A model generated the notes under the pieces. The model was not told the DNA's origin, ran no database searches, and was given only the letters and a program-made list of their open reading frames with translations. 64,000 nucleotides of DNA from a bacterium. GTDB lineage: Bacteria > UBA8248. Each line of letters opens with the position of its first letter. The first letter of the stretch is position 1. The position numbers and the translations under genes are program-made. The DNA is taken from NCBI GenBank assembly GCA_965221165.1, contig CBDCRP010000003.1, positions 928,001 to 992,000 of the forward strand, written 5' to 3'. Below are positions 28,790 to 39,594 of this stretch, one piece after another.

Positions 28790-29530
28790 CTACATGCCCA
28801 GGTACGCCTTTTTCACCTGCGGATTCGCCAACAGTTCATCCGACGTACCGGAAATCGTTACACGCCCCGTCTCAAAAACATAGGCCCTGCTCGCAAGTTC
28901 GAACGCGGTCAGCACGTCCTGTTCCACGAGAATGATGGCGACGCCCTCCTCGTTTATCTGCTGAACGAAACCGCACAATTCCTCCACAAGCCTGGGAGCA
29001 AGGCCCAAGGAAAGCTCGTCGATCAAGAGCAGCCTGGGACGCGCCATCAACCCCCGGGCAATCGCGCACATCTGCTGTTCTCCGCCGGACATGCTCCCCG
29101 CAAGCTGGGATTTTCGCTCCCCCAATCGCGGGAAAAACCCGTACACCCTCTCTAAATCCGCCGCCAATGCCTGATCTGTCATATTCCGGGCATAGGCGCC
29201 CATCAAAAGATTCTCCTCCACGCTCATCGCGGCGAAGAGCCTGCGGCCCTCGGGCACATGGGAAATCCCCTTGGCGACGATGCTCTCCGGCGACATTCCT
29301 CCAAGGGACTCGCCATCCAGCGCTACCGTGCCCGCCCGGTGGGGGAGCACGCCCGAGAGCATTCGCAAGAACGTGGATTTTCCGACGCCGTTGCTGCCGA
29401 CGATGGCGACAATCTCTCCTTCGCTCACGCTCAGGTCGACGCCCCACAGAACCTGCACATCGTCATAACCACCCGCCAGGCCGCGTACTTCCAGAAGGCT
29501 CGCCCCGCCGTGCGATTCATGCGTCACCAC
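28790..29530 (-). CDS. LivF-like ABC ATPase
   Basis: GSNGVGKS, VPEGRRLF, MSGGEQQM, DELSLGLAP. Confidence 0.92.
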   Translation of the reverse strand: MVTHESHGGASLLEVRGLAGGYDDVQVLWGVDLSVSEGEIVAIVGSNGVGKSTFLRMLSGVLPHRAGTVALDGESLGGMSPESIVAKGISHVPEGRRLFAAMSVEENLLMGAYARNMTDQALAADLERVYGFFPRLGERKSQLAGSMSGGEQQMCAIARGLMARPRLLLIDELSLGLAPRLVEELCGFVQQINEEGVAIILVEQDVLTAFELASRAYVFETGRVTISGTSDELLANPQVKKAYLGM

Positions 29531-29532
29531 GC

Positions 29533-30300
29533 CTAGGACTCCTCTTCCAGTTTTTTCATCATCGCCACATACTTCTCGCCCAGATACGCCTTGATGACCT
29601 GCTCATCACTCGTCACCTCGCCGGGCAAACCTTCCGCTATCTTCTCCCCATGGTGTAAAACGATGACGCGATCCGAGAGACCCGTAATCACCTTCATCAA
29701 ATGCTCGATCACCAGGATGGTCACGCCCTGCTCCCTCACCTTGTGGATGAGGGAAATGGCGTTCTCGATTTCCGTCGTGTTCAGGCCGGCATTCACCTCA
29801 TCGAGAAGAAGCACCTCCGGTTCGGTGGCGAGAGACTTGGCGAATTCGAGGCGCTTTCTCTCGGCGAGCGTGAGTTGGGAGGCGAGTTGCGCGGCTTTAT
29901 CACTCAGACCCACGAACGCCAGCATTTCATCCGCGAGGCCTTGGGCGCGCTTCACTTCTTTTCTCGACTTCTGGGAGCCGAACAGCGCGCCCATCACGAC
30001 GTTCTCGCGCACCGCGAGACCCGGAAAGGGCTGGACGATCTGAAACGTCCGCGCAATTCCCTTTCTCGTGATGGTATGGGGCTTGAAGGTTTCGATGCGT
30101 TCGCCGCGAAACAGAATCTCACCCTCATTCAACGGATCAAGACCCGTAATGCAGTTGAGGAGCGTCGTCTTCCCCGCACCGTTGGGACCGATGACGCCCA
30201 GGATCTCTCCTTTCCGCACGGTGAAATCCACCGCCGAGACGGCGGTGAGTCCGCCGAAACGCTTTGTGACGCCCCTGCCTTCTAACAGTGTTTCGCTCAC
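29533..30300 (-). CDS. LivG-like ABC ATPase
   Basis: FGGLTAV, GPNGAGKT, GIARTFQ, AYLG. Confidence 0.92.
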   Translation of the reverse strand: MSETLLEGRGVTKRFGGLTAVSAVDFTVRKGEILGVIGPNGAGKTTLLNCITGLDPLNEGEILFRGERIETFKPHTITRKGIARTFQIVQPFPGLAVRENVVMGALFGSQKSRKEVKRAQGLADEMLAFVGLSDKAAQLASQLTLAERKRLEFAKSLATEPEVLLLDEVNAGLNTTEIENAISLIHKVREQGVTILVIEHLMKVITGLSDRVIVLHHGEKIAEGLPGEVTSDEQVIKAYLGEKYVAMMKKLEEES

Positions 30301-31289
30301 ACCTTGAACCTCTGTATGTTGCTCTTAAGGATAACCCCCAAAGACCCCCACCCGCGGCTTTTCACTTCCTGGGAGACGGCCATCAGGCCACGCGGGAGGA
30401 ACAAGACGACGAGTACGATGATGATTCCCAGAAACACGCTGTGAAATTCCGTGAACGCTCCCCACAGGTAATCCGCCAGGTATTCCATCATCAACGCGCC
30501 CACGATCGGACCCATCACCGTCCCCACCCCGCCGAGCATCGACATCACGATCGCCTTGATGGAGAACATGATGTCGAACACATCGATGGGTTCTAAAAAT
30601 GCGGCGCGGTAGGCATACACGCCGCCGCCCATCGCGGGGAAAATGGATGAAAGAACGAAGGCGATGATCTTGTATTTCGTCGTATCCACACCCGTCATGG
30701 AGGCCGCGTCCTCATTCTCCCGAATCGCGACGAGCCCGTAGCCCAGGCGGTGACGCGTAACGAAGTACTGCGTCAAGACCGCGAGCACGGCCACCCCGAG
30801 CATCGAGAAGTAGAAAAAGCGCGTGAAATAATCCGGCCCGCCCGTAATCTGGGGAAGATTGATCCCGTCCCCCCCGCCGGTGATGCGGAGATTATCCGCC
30901 AGTTCACGTAAAAATTCCGCCACTCCGAACGTGGCGATGGCGAAGTAGTGGCCCCTCAGCCTCAATATGGGAACGCCCAGGGCGAGCGCCACGAGAGCGC
31001 CGAAGCAGGCGCCAATTCCTAAGGTGATGAAAAAATTGAACCCCGCGTTCATCAGGATGGCCGTCGTGTAGGCACCCAGCCCGAAAAAGGCTGCCGGCGC
31101 GAAAGAAGGATAGCCCGTCAGGCCGCCGATGAAATTCCAGCTCGTCGCCAGTATGGCCACCATCAGGATGTCCATCCACTTGCGAATCTCGTCGTTTTCC
31201 ACGAAAGAGGGCAAGAGGATGAGGGCGAGCACGCCCGCTCCCATGCCGAGCCATTGAATGTGGGCCCAAGGCTTGAACATGTTAATCAA
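30297..31289 (-). CDS. LivM-like permease
   Basis: LRLRGHYFAIAT, AIRENEDAA, GGVGTVMGP. Confidence 0.9.
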   Translation of the reverse strand: MINMFKPWAHIQWLGMGAGVLALILLPSFVENDEIRKWMDILMVAILATSWNFIGGLTGYPSFAPAAFFGLGAYTTAILMNAGFNFFITLGIGACFGALVALALGVPILRLRGHYFAIATFGVAEFLRELADNLRITGGGDGINLPQITGGPDYFTRFFYFSMLGVAVLAVLTQYFVTRHRLGYGLVAIRENEDAASMTGVDTTKYKIIAFVLSSIFPAMGGGVYAYRAAFLEPIDVFDIMFSIKAIVMSMLGGVGTVMGPIVGALMMEYLADYLWGAFTEFHSVFLGIIIVLVVLFLPRGLMAVSQEVKSRGWGSLGVILKSNIQRFKV

Positions 31290-32148
31290 AACCCTTTCTG
31301 CCCAGCAGGCCCGATGGTTTGATGAAGAGCACCAGGATCAAGAGCACGTAGCCGATGGCGTTTTGTAGTCCGGGGCCGAAATACAGGGCCCCGAAATTCT
31401 CGGCGAGTCCCAGAATCAGCCCCCCGGCAAGCGCACCCGTGATATTCCCGAGACCTCCGATGGTGCAGATGATGAAGGATTTCGAGAGGAACTCCACGTC
31501 ACTCACCGGCGAGATGGCGAAACCCACGCTCACGAGAGAACCCGCCGTGGCGGCGACGGCCGCGCCGATTCCATACGTGATGGCGTAGATTCTGCCGATG
31601 TCGACGCCCATGAGCTGGGCGGAATCCAAATCCATCCTCGTCGCGCGTATAGCCCGACCCGTGCGCGTACGCCCCATGAACCAGAAGAGAATGCTCGTGA
31701 GAATGACGCCCAGCACGAATATGGAAATCCGGACGAATGGTATGGAAAGACTCATGACGGGAATGGAGAAACCAGCATAGGAGGGCTGAACCGACCTGTA
31801 ATCACCGGTGAAGAAATATATCGCCAGCCTCACGACGATCAATTGAAGACCGAAGGTGAGAATCAAGGACATGAACATGGGCGCGCGCACGATTTTGTTG
31901 ATCAATCCTCGCTGCACCACATAACCGGCGCAGAACATGACGACGGCGGAAACAGGAAGGGACAAAAACGGGTCCACGCCGTATAGCCTGAACATCCAGA
32001 ACGTAACGTAGCCGCCCAGCATCAAAAACGTGCCGTGCAGGACGTTTAAGATGTTCATCACGCCCCAGACGAGCGAGAAACCGACCGCGATGCAGGCGTA
32101 TATGCCCCCAAGTAGAATGCTGTTAATCAGAATTTGGGCATAAAGCAT
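31282..32148 (-). CDS. LivH-like permease
   Basis: GFSLVWGVMNILNVLHG, TRTGRAIRA, GGLGNITGA. Confidence 0.9.
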   Translation of the reverse strand: MLYAQILINSILLGGIYACIAVGFSLVWGVMNILNVLHGTFLMLGGYVTFWMFRLYGVDPFLSLPVSAVVMFCAGYVVQRGLINKIVRAPMFMSLILTFGLQLIVVRLAIYFFTGDYRSVQPSYAGFSIPVMSLSIPFVRISIFVLGVILTSILFWFMGRTRTGRAIRATRMDLDSAQLMGVDIGRIYAITYGIGAAVAATAGSLVSVGFAISPVSDVEFLSKSFIICTIGGLGNITGALAGGLILGLAENFGALYFGPGLQNAIGYVLLILVLFIKPSGLLGRKGFD

Positions 32149-32169
32149 ATGTTCTACCCGCGGCAGATG

Positions 32170-33225
32170 CTAGGTGATGATTTCCCATTCGCTCGAATAC
32201 CGATCGAGTTGCGCCGCGCTGTATGGGTCCACGTGGTGGTCTCGTTCGGGAATCTCGACGTGTTTTTCCTCCCCGCATAAGGCGGTGGTGAAATAACGCT
32301 GTCCCGTATCGTTGATGTTCGTGACGATGTTGAGCAGTTCCGGGTGCCTATGGGCCAGCTTGATGGCGGCCATCACGTTGCAGCCCGAGGAGATGCCGCA
32401 GAAAATCCCCTCCTCGCGCGCCAGGCGTTGCGCCATTTCGACCGACTCATCCGTCGTCGTCGTCACGATACCTGAAAGCTGCGACAGATCGAGCGCCTTG
32501 GGTACGAAACCATCCCCGATGCCCTCGATGCCGTGCGGCCCCCAGCCCCGCTGACTCAGGAGCGGACATTCCTGAGGCTCCACCGCGTAGAGCCTTACAT
32601 CCGGGTTGTCCTCGCGCAGGAATTTCCCCACGCCGCTCACCCATCCGCCGGTTCCTTGCGACGCCACGACGGCGTCGACGCGCCCATCCAACTGCTCGAA
32701 AATCTCGGGCCCCGTCGTGAGATAATGCGCCTCGTTGTTGTCTAAATTGTCGAATTGCGCGGGAACCCAGTATTTCTCGGGCGAAGCCGAGCGGATTTCT
32801 TCGAGTTTCTCGAGTGCCAAGTCGACGTCGCTCTCCCCGCCCGGCGTAAACACCAAATCCGCCCCATAGGCGCGCATGAGCTTTTTGCGCTCATCGCTCA
32901 TGCCCTCGGGCATGACGACGATGCAGGGGTAACCCTTGACCGCGGATACGAACGAACAGGCGATGCCTGCGTTGCCGGTGGAGCATTCAAGCACCGTCAT
33001 GCCCGCGGTCAGATCGCCACGTTCCTCCGCTTTCAAGAGCATGTTGAAGTAGATGCGATCCTTGAGGCTTCCCGAGGGTGAATACCACTCCAGCTTCGCG
33101 TAGACCTCGGGCTCCACATCCGCCGCCACCTTGTTCAAACGCACCAGAGGCGTGCCCCCGATGGCGTCGAAAATGTTTTCAGAATAGCGTCTGTAAGAAT
33201 CCCAAGCTCGTTTCCGAATAACCAT
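32170..33225 (-). CDS. PLP-dependent cysteine synthase family protein
   Basis: IGGTPLV, SGSLKDR (PLP Lys), STGNAG, GTGG, HGIEGIG, DTGQRY. Confidence 0.9.
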   Translation of the reverse strand: MVIRKRAWDSYRRYSENIFDAIGGTPLVRLNKVAADVEPEVYAKLEWYSPSGSLKDRIYFNMLLKAEERGDLTAGMTVLECSTGNAGIACSFVSAVKGYPCIVVMPEGMSDERKKLMRAYGADLVFTPGGESDVDLALEKLEEIRSASPEKYWVPAQFDNLDNNEAHYLTTGPEIFEQLDGRVDAVVASQGTGGWVSGVGKFLREDNPDVRLYAVEPQECPLLSQRGWGPHGIEGIGDGFVPKALDLSQLSGIVTTTTDESVEMAQRLAREEGIFCGISSGCNVMAAIKLAHRHPELLNIVTNINDTGQRYFTTALCGEEKHVEIPERDHHVDPYSAAQLDRYSSEWEIIT

Positions 33226-33255
33226 TTCTTACGCCTTAATAAGAAGGGAAATACC

Positions 33256-34308
33256 TTATTCGATGATCTCCCATGAGGCCCTGAACTTTTGGAGCATCAT
33301 CTCCCTGTCCCCCTCGACGACTTCCTGTAGCGCCGCCTCCATACCCGATTCGTCATGGCAAAGAGGGGTGGAAAAATAGCGCTGCCCCGAGTCTCCGAAA
33401 ATGGTGACGATTCGACCGGCTTCGGGATAAGAGCGCGCGAACTTTATCGCCGCCGCCAAGTTGCAGCCCGAAGATATTCCGCAGAAAAGACCCTCTTCGC
33501 GTGAAGCGCGCCTCGCCATGCGGAGCGACTCTTCCGTCGAGGCTGTGATGATGCCGTCGATGATGGACAAATCCAGAATGTTGGGGATCAGACCATCACC
33601 GATACCCGCGATGCCGTGCCCACAGCAGATTCCCTCGCTGATCAGGGGTGATTCCGTCGGCTCCACGCCGTAGATTTTGAGTTTCGGGTTTTTCTCCCTC
33701 AAAAACCGCCCCACTCCCGTGAGCCAGCCACCCGTGCCCACCGCCGCAACGAGCGCATCCACGCGGCCGTCGAGTTGCTCCCAGATTTCAGGACCCGAGG
33801 TTGTGTAGTGCGTATCCACATTGTCCATATTCTCGAATTCGGCGGGAACCCAGTATTTCTCGGGGTCGCTCGCGGCTATCTCCTTCATGCGCTCGAGCGC
33901 GACGTCCACGTCGCTCTCTCCGCCCGGCGTCGTAATGAGTTCGGCACCGAAGGCGCGAATCATTTTTTTGCGCTCAGGGCTCATCAACTCCGGCATGACG
34001 ATGATGCACGCATACCCCCTGACCGCGGCCGCCGCCGCGCAGGCGATGCCCGCATTGCCGGATGAGCATTCCAGAATCACCTTGCCGGGCGTCAACTCCC
34101 CCCGCTCCTCGGCGCGTGAGATCATCTGTTCATAAATACGATCCTTCAAGCTGCCCGTGGGGGAAAACCATTCGATTTTGGCGAAAATATCCGGGCGCAG
34201 TCCCCTTGCCACCCGATTGAGTTTCACCAGCGGGGTACAGCCAACGGCGTCGAAGATCGTCTCGGAAACCGAGGACAAACTATCCCACGCTTGCGATGTC
34301 GCTTGCAT
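33256..34308 (-). CDS. PLP-dependent cysteine synthase family protein (paralog)
   Basis: TGSLKDR, SSGNAG, VGTGG, HGIAGIG, DSGQRY. Confidence 0.9.
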   Translation of the reverse strand: MQATSQAWDSLSSVSETIFDAVGCTPLVKLNRVARGLRPDIFAKIEWFSPTGSLKDRIYEQMISRAEERGELTPGKVILECSSGNAGIACAAAAAVRGYACIIVMPELMSPERKKMIRAFGAELITTPGGESDVDVALERMKEIAASDPEKYWVPAEFENMDNVDTHYTTSGPEIWEQLDGRVDALVAAVGTGGWLTGVGRFLREKNPKLKIYGVEPTESPLISEGICCGHGIAGIGDGLIPNILDLSIIDGIITASTEESLRMARRASREEGLFCGISSGCNLAAAIKFARSYPEAGRIVTIFGDSGQRYFSTPLCHDESGMEAALQEVVEGDREMMLQKFRASWEIIE

Positions 34309-34346
34309 TTCTCTACTCCCGTGCGGCGGCGTATGACTCCCTCACC

Positions 34347-35303
34347 CTAACCCGCTCTCAGACGAGGGATAATTTCTTTCGCCACGATTTCAACCTGTTC
34401 CATCTCATATTTATAGGGAACGAAAATGAGCCGGTTCACCCCGGTGTCGATGTGGGCCTGTAGCTGCGCCACGCACTCATCGACATTCCCCATCACGGCG
34501 CTCTCGGCCGTGGATTCACTCCAGGAAGCATAGTCCCACTCCGTGTGGAGCCATTCGTTCATCGGACCCTCGATTTCAGCGCGCGAATCGCCCACCATGA
34601 CGGGAAGCTGGTTCGTGCTCTCGAGCGCGGCGGGGTCGCGCCCCGCCTCCTCCGCAAAGCGGCATACCTTCTCCCAGGACTGCGTGAAGCTCTCCGGCGT
34701 ATAAAAATATGTGAGCCAGCCGTCGCCTTTTTCTCCGGCGCGCTTGAGCACGCGGTCGACGTAGCCCCCGATGAGAATGCCCGGCCTCGGGCTTTGCACG
34801 GGCTTGGGGAACATGACGGAATTTCTGAGGTTGTACTGCCCATATTCCGCGCGCACCATATCCTCGGTCCACAGCCTTGTGATGATTTCGATGTTCTGAT
34901 CCATGATGTTGCCGCGCTTCTCGAAGGGAACGCCCACGGCATCGAACTCGCGCTTGTACCAGCCCGACGCCATGCCCACGATGAGGCGGCCATTCGATAT
35001 CTGATCGATGCTCGAAAGCTGTTTCGCCAGGACGAGCGGATTCCTGAGCGGCAAGACGAGCACGCCCGTGCCGAGTTTGATTCTGCTCGTCCGCGCGGCC
35101 ACCGCCGTCAGAAGCGTCAACGACTCGATGATGGGGAAGTGCGGCTCCACGCCCAGCAGAATATGGTCCCACACCCACAGGGACTCGAAACCCAGCTCCT
35201 CCATGGCGACGCCGTATTCGATGAGCGCCGCCGGGTCGGGGAGTTCGGGATAAGCGGTGAAATTCCGCATGGCGATTCCGTATTTGACGTCTTTTCCTGA
35301 CAT
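34347..35303 (-). CDS. LLM-class flavin-dependent oxidoreductase
   Basis: GFESLWVWDH, LGTGVLVLPLRNP, PKPVQ. Confidence 0.9.
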   Translation of the reverse strand: MSGKDVKYGIAMRNFTAYPELPDPAALIEYGVAMEELGFESLWVWDHILLGVEPHFPIIESLTLLTAVAARTSRIKLGTGVLVLPLRNPLVLAKQLSSIDQISNGRLIVGMASGWYKREFDAVGVPFEKRGNIMDQNIEIITRLWTEDMVRAEYGQYNLRNSVMFPKPVQSPRPGILIGGYVDRVLKRAGEKGDGWLTYFYTPESFTQSWEKVCRFAEEAGRDPAALESTNQLPVMVGDSRAEIEGPMNEWLHTEWDYASWSESTAESAVMGNVDECVAQLQAHIDTGVNRLIFVPYKYEMEQVEIVAKEIIPRLRAG

Positions 35304-35318
35304 GTAGGTTTCCTCGCT

Positions 35319-36584
35319 TTATTCCGCCCCGCACCAATCCAGGATGGAGAGCGCCAGTGTTTTCGTCGCGTCGATCACGTCCTCCACCGCCACCCATTCG
35401 TTGTTCGCGTGCATCTGGGTGGTGGGGCCCGGGCCGAAAATCACCGTCGGGATGCCGAAGCCGTTCAAAAAGCGCGTATCGGCCGCTCCCTGACGTCCGG
35501 ATATTTCAGGCGTTCCGCCCGATATTTCCTGATAGGCGTTCGCCACCGTCTTGACGATTGCGTGGTCGGCATCGACCGCGGCCGATTCGGCGTAATACCC
35601 CACGAAACGAACTTCGGGCGGATGATCCTTCATCCAAGGGTCATCTTGCGCAGCCTGCACCACCTGATCGACCAGGCTCTGCTTGGCCGCGTCGTGATCC
35701 TCGCCGGGCACGGTGGCGAGACTCCCCTTGAGCACGCAGGTATCCGGGAAAGCGCTCGGAAAACTCCCGGCCTCCATGGAGCCGACCATGCAGGGAATCG
35801 CATCGATAATTTTGGGATACAGCGGATGGGATACCGTCTCCAGGCGTTTTTTCTCGAGATCGGCCACCGCCTGGACGATCTTGTAGCCCAGGTCGATGGC
35901 GTTCACGCCCTCATACCTTCGCTGGATGCCCGCCGCCTTTCCCCTCACGAGTATCTCGAACCATATTCTGCCGATGCAGCCGGGCTGGACGGCGTTTCCG
36001 CTCGTCTCGCAGCAAATCCCCGCATCCGCCGTATAGCCCCGCAAAATGGTGTCGAGCGTGCCGTGGCCGCTCAACTCCTCATCCACGACGAAATCGAGAA
36101 TAACGTCTCCCCTGGGCCTGAGCCCCGCCGCCATGAAGCATTTGGCCGCCATCATGATGGCCGCCACTCCGCTTTTCATGTCCGAGGCGCCGCGCCCGTA
36201 CAGACGGCCGTCCTCGATGTCCGCAGAGAGCGGCCCATGCTCCCAGGCGTCGTCCGGGCCGTTCGGGACGGTATCGGTGTGGCCGTTCAGCAGAAGCGAT
36301 TTGCCCCCGCCCGAACCCTCGATCACGGCGACCACGTTCGGCCTCCCCTCATAACCCCTGGTGACGGGCACGTATTCGGGGTGTTTTTTGAGTTCCTCCC
36401 AGTCCGACTCCCAGACGTCCACCTCGACGTTCATCTCGCGAAGGAAATCCGCGATGTAGCCTTGAATCTCTTCCTCATCCCCCGTCACGCTCGGTATCTG
36501 AACGAGCTTGGCGAGCAAGGCGATTATCTCATCCCTGTGGGCGTCGACCTGGGCTAAAATTTTCTCTCTGTTCTCAGCGCTCAT
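35319..36584 (-). CDS. M20 ArgE/DapE family deacylase
   Basis: NGHTDTV, YGRGASDMKSG, VDEE, HANNE. Confidence 0.9.
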   Translation of the reverse strand: MSAENREKILAQVDAHRDEIIALLAKLVQIPSVTGDEEEIQGYIADFLREMNVEVDVWESDWEELKKHPEYVPVTRGYEGRPNVVAVIEGSGGGKSLLLNGHTDTVPNGPDDAWEHGPLSADIEDGRLYGRGASDMKSGVAAIMMAAKCFMAAGLRPRGDVILDFVVDEELSGHGTLDTILRGYTADAGICCETSGNAVQPGCIGRIWFEILVRGKAAGIQRRYEGVNAIDLGYKIVQAVADLEKKRLETVSHPLYPKIIDAIPCMVGSMEAGSFPSAFPDTCVLKGSLATVPGEDHDAAKQSLVDQVVQAAQDDPWMKDHPPEVRFVGYYAESAAVDADHAIVKTVANAYQEISGGTPEISGRQGAADTRFLNGFGIPTVIFGPGPTTQMHANNEWVAVEDVIDATKTLALSILDWCGAE

Positions 36585-36599
36585 GGCGGCTCCATGTGT

Positions 36600-37373
36600 T
36601 CATGCGGTGTAGATCTTCTCCGGGTCCAGATGGCGAAGCGCGGCCAATTCTTCCGCCGTAGGCGGTTCCGTGGTCGAAACGGAGGAGTCGATGAGGAGTT
36701 CGAAGCCCGTGTTCTCCTGCGCCTGCTCCGGTGTGACGCCGGGGTGTAAGGCCTCGACGCGCATCCGGCCCGTCTCGTCGTCGAATCCCAGAATCGCCAG
36801 GTCGGTCACCACGCGGTACATGCCGCCGGCTATCAGGCCCGAATCGCGCCTCGAGGTCCCGCCCCTGATGTAGCCGGGGCTGGTGATGAAATCCACGTTT
36901 TCCACGAAACGGCGCTTTTCCTGCGGCATCGCCACGATCATCCTGGTGAGGCTCGAAATGTCGTTCCCCCCGCCCGTGCCGGGCAGCCGCACGGACGGAT
37001 CATCGGCGCTTCCGATGAAGGAGCTGTTCAAGTTGCCGTACTGATCGATCTGGGCGCCCCCCATGAAGCCCACGTCCACATAGCCGCGCTGAAGCAGGAG
37101 CAAGACCTCGGTGATGCTCACCAGCATGTTCGCCTTGCGCGTGCAGCGCTGCTCGTTCGTGGTGGGCGGAAGCTGGCCGGGCACGACGTGCGGGCCGATG
37201 GTGCCGCCCTCGAAAAGAATCGTCACGCCCGGGGCATGGAGGCGCTGTGCCAGCGTGGCGGCCAGCAGCGGAATCCCCACGCCCGCGAAAACAACCTGCC
37301 CGTCCTCGAGCGCGCGGGCGCTCATGACGCACAAAAGCTCCGACGCCGTGAAGTCTTTCGTCTCAGTCGTCAT
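36600..37373 (-). CDS. CoA-transferase subunit B (GctB/CatJ-like)
   Basis: GVGIP, FEGG, GGAQIDQYGNLNS, LPGTGG, VDFITSPG. Confidence 0.88.
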   Translation of the reverse strand: MTTETKDFTASELLCVMSARALEDGQVVFAGVGIPLLAATLAQRLHAPGVTILFEGGTIGPHVVPGQLPPTTNEQRCTRKANMLVSITEVLLLLQRGYVDVGFMGGAQIDQYGNLNSSFIGSADDPSVRLPGTGGGNDISSLTRMIVAMPQEKRRFVENVDFITSPGYIRGGTSRRDSGLIAGGMYRVVTDLAILGFDDETGRMRVEALHPGVTPEQAQENTGFELLIDSSVSTTEPPTAEELAALRHLDPEKIYTA

Positions 37374-38331
37374 AAATGCTCCTCCCCCTGCGGGCCGCAT
37401 CCAAAAGCTTCTCCAGACCGATGAGTTCGAGATACTCCGTCCAGTTCTTCGGCGCGTAGAAGTACTCGTCCAGATACGCCTTCACTCCCTCCATCGGTTC
37501 TTTCCTCGTGAGTTCCGCATAATAGTCCATATGGGAAAACAAGGGTTCATATACGCCGTAGCATTCGTGCGGCGCGCAGCCATAGGGCGCCTCCACCACG
37601 GCATCGACGGTGAAAAAAGGGATTTTCGTCTGGTCTGGCGCTCTTCTAATCTGATCGTTCGAGATGATGCGCTCGGTGGTGATGATAACGCGGTTCGCCG
37701 CCATCGCCATGTCGATATCCATGAACATCAGGCCGTCTAGTTGCGCGTTGCCGTAAGCGTCGCATCGCTGGGCGTGAATCAGGGCGACGTCGGGATTCAG
37801 GGCCGGGACCAGGAGGATTTTCTCGCCCGTGAAGGGACACGTCATTTCCTCGATATTATCGAGCCGGCCCGCCACGTCCGATCCCATCATGGAGCGCATC
37901 GGCATGAACGGAACGCCCATGGCCCCCGCCCTGTAGCGCAGGCCGATGGACATATGGCTCCATTCCTCGAAACGGGCCAATCTGTTTTCGGTGAAATGCC
38001 GCATCACGCGCGAGACGCCCCAGACGATTCCCTGGCTGAACCAACTCGTGAGAATGTGATTCCCCAGCCCCGAGGCGAAGATGAGGTCGCCCTCGGTGGA
38101 GACGATGCTCCGCGAGAAGGACAGGTTCTTCTTCCTCGCGCGGATCAACGCCCATATCATGGCGAAGGGGGTTCTCGAAGCCGTGGAGCCGCCCAGGCTG
38201 ACGTGCTCGCCGTCGCTCACGAAATCACAAGCCTCCTCGAGCGTCATCACCTTGTCTCTCAGGCTGCGATCCCGCGCCTGGGTTTGCTCCCTGAGTGAAA
38301 GATAATCTTGCGTCACGCTTTTCTCCATCAT
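37363..38331 (-). CDS. CoA-transferase subunit A (GctA/CatI-like)
   Basis: EWSH..RYRAGAMGVPF, ALNPDVALIH, PYGCAP. Confidence 0.88.
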   Translation of the reverse strand: MMEKSVTQDYLSLREQTQARDRSLRDKVMTLEEACDFVSDGEHVSLGGSTASRTPFAMIWALIRARKKNLSFSRSIVSTEGDLIFASGLGNHILTSWFSQGIVWGVSRVMRHFTENRLARFEEWSHMSIGLRYRAGAMGVPFMPMRSMMGSDVAGRLDNIEEMTCPFTGEKILLVPALNPDVALIHAQRCDAYGNAQLDGLMFMDIDMAMAANRVIITTERIISNDQIRRAPDQTKIPFFTVDAVVEAPYGCAPHECYGVYEPLFSHMDYYAELTRKEPMEGVKAYLDEYFYAPKNWTEYLELIGLEKLLDAARRGRSIYDD

Positions 38332-38638
38332 ACGGAAGGCGAGGATTTCCCTTGCTCACAACGCCCTGAAATCCTCATCTTGGCTTCTGAAAATACAGAT
38401 TTTCCCCTCGTGTAGATTAAACGCAAGACACCGGATTCGCAACGGGAAAAATGAGAATTAAAACCATTGAATAATTTAATGAATTTTGGGTATAATTTTC
38501 CGGTGCCCCGGAGCGTTGACTTCATTTTGTCTCGTTTTTAGGGTAATCCAGGGAAATCGGGAGCCGGAACGCCGTCTCTATATCATCAAAATACACAATG
38601 AGACAAGGGATCCACGCAAACGGTTTCGCGAGGTTTTC

Positions 38639-39535
38639 ATGTTGAATTTGAGGCAACTCGAATACTTCTATTATGTGGCGAAACACGAAGGCTTCACCCG
38701 CGCGGCGAGGCAACTGCCCTTCTCCATCCAGCAACCCGCCCTCAGCATCCGGGTGAAGGCGCTCGAAGAAGACCTTAAAGTGAAGCTCTACCAGATCGTC
38801 GGCCGCAAGTTTCAACTGACACCGAGCGGCGAGTATCTCTTAGACGCCGTAAAACCTTTTTTCGAGTCCCTCGAGACGGTCGAACGGCACCTGCGCGGAG
38901 AAACGCACGGGCGGCTCATCGTGGCGGAGGCCGCCCCCATGCTGATCCTGAAGGGCCACAGGGCCGCGCTCCTTCAATTTCGCGAACGCTACCCGGACGT
39001 CCAGATATCCGTGCTGGAGCGAAACTGGACGAATCTGCTGGAGCACGTCTCTGAAGGAGCGGTCGATTTCGCCTTCGGCTCGGCACCCGAGGCGCGGGGG
39101 AATTTCTCCTTCGAAGAGTGGACGGAGACGGACTATCTCCTCTTTTATCCCGAGGGGCACGTCGTTGCGAAAGGGGAGAAGATCACTCTCGAAAAGCTCG
39201 TGGCGCATCCTCTCATCCTTCTCGAACGCGGGACGGCGGACCGCCAGCACATCGAGCACACCTTCGAGAAGGAGAACTTGCCGAGCAACGTCGTTTTCGA
39301 GACATCCTCCTACACCCTGATCAACGAAGCCGTCCTGAACGGAGCCGGAATCGCCATCGTCAACGCACTCTGGCCCCGGCCCGAAACCAGAAGCGGGTGG
39401 CGTACCATCAACATATCCCATCTTTTCGGGAAAAAGCGCATCGGCCTGTTCCGGCGAAACGACATCTACCTTCCCCCCTACGCCAACGATTATCTCACCA
39501 TGCTGAGAGAAACTTTGATGACGCAAGAAATGTGA
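38639..39535 (+). CDS. LysR family transcriptional regulator
   Basis: NLRQLEYF..FTRAA..QPALS..LEEDL HTH; divergent from the long minus-strand operon. Confidence 0.92.
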   Translation: MLNLRQLEYFYYVAKHEGFTRAARQLPFSIQQPALSIRVKALEEDLKVKLYQIVGRKFQLTPSGEYLLDAVKPFFESLETVERHLRGETHGRLIVAEAAPMLILKGHRAALLQFRERYPDVQISVLERNWTNLLEHVSEGAVDFAFGSAPEARGNFSFEEWTETDYLLFYPEGHVVAKGEKITLEKLVAHPLILLERGTADRQHIEHTFEKENLPSNVVFETSSYTLINEAVLNGAGIAIVNALWPRPETRSGWRTINISHLFGKKRIGLFRRNDIYLPPYANDYLTMLRETLMTQEM

Positions 39536-39594
39536 CACGGCCTCGCTCCATGCGCACTTTTGACGCTCCTCCCCCCATTTGCCATGATACGCGC

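Noticed and set aside
39118-39594. N-terminal extension of UbiD (601-aa ORF)
   Set aside because: Off-frame overlap with LysR; UbiD similarity begins at 39595
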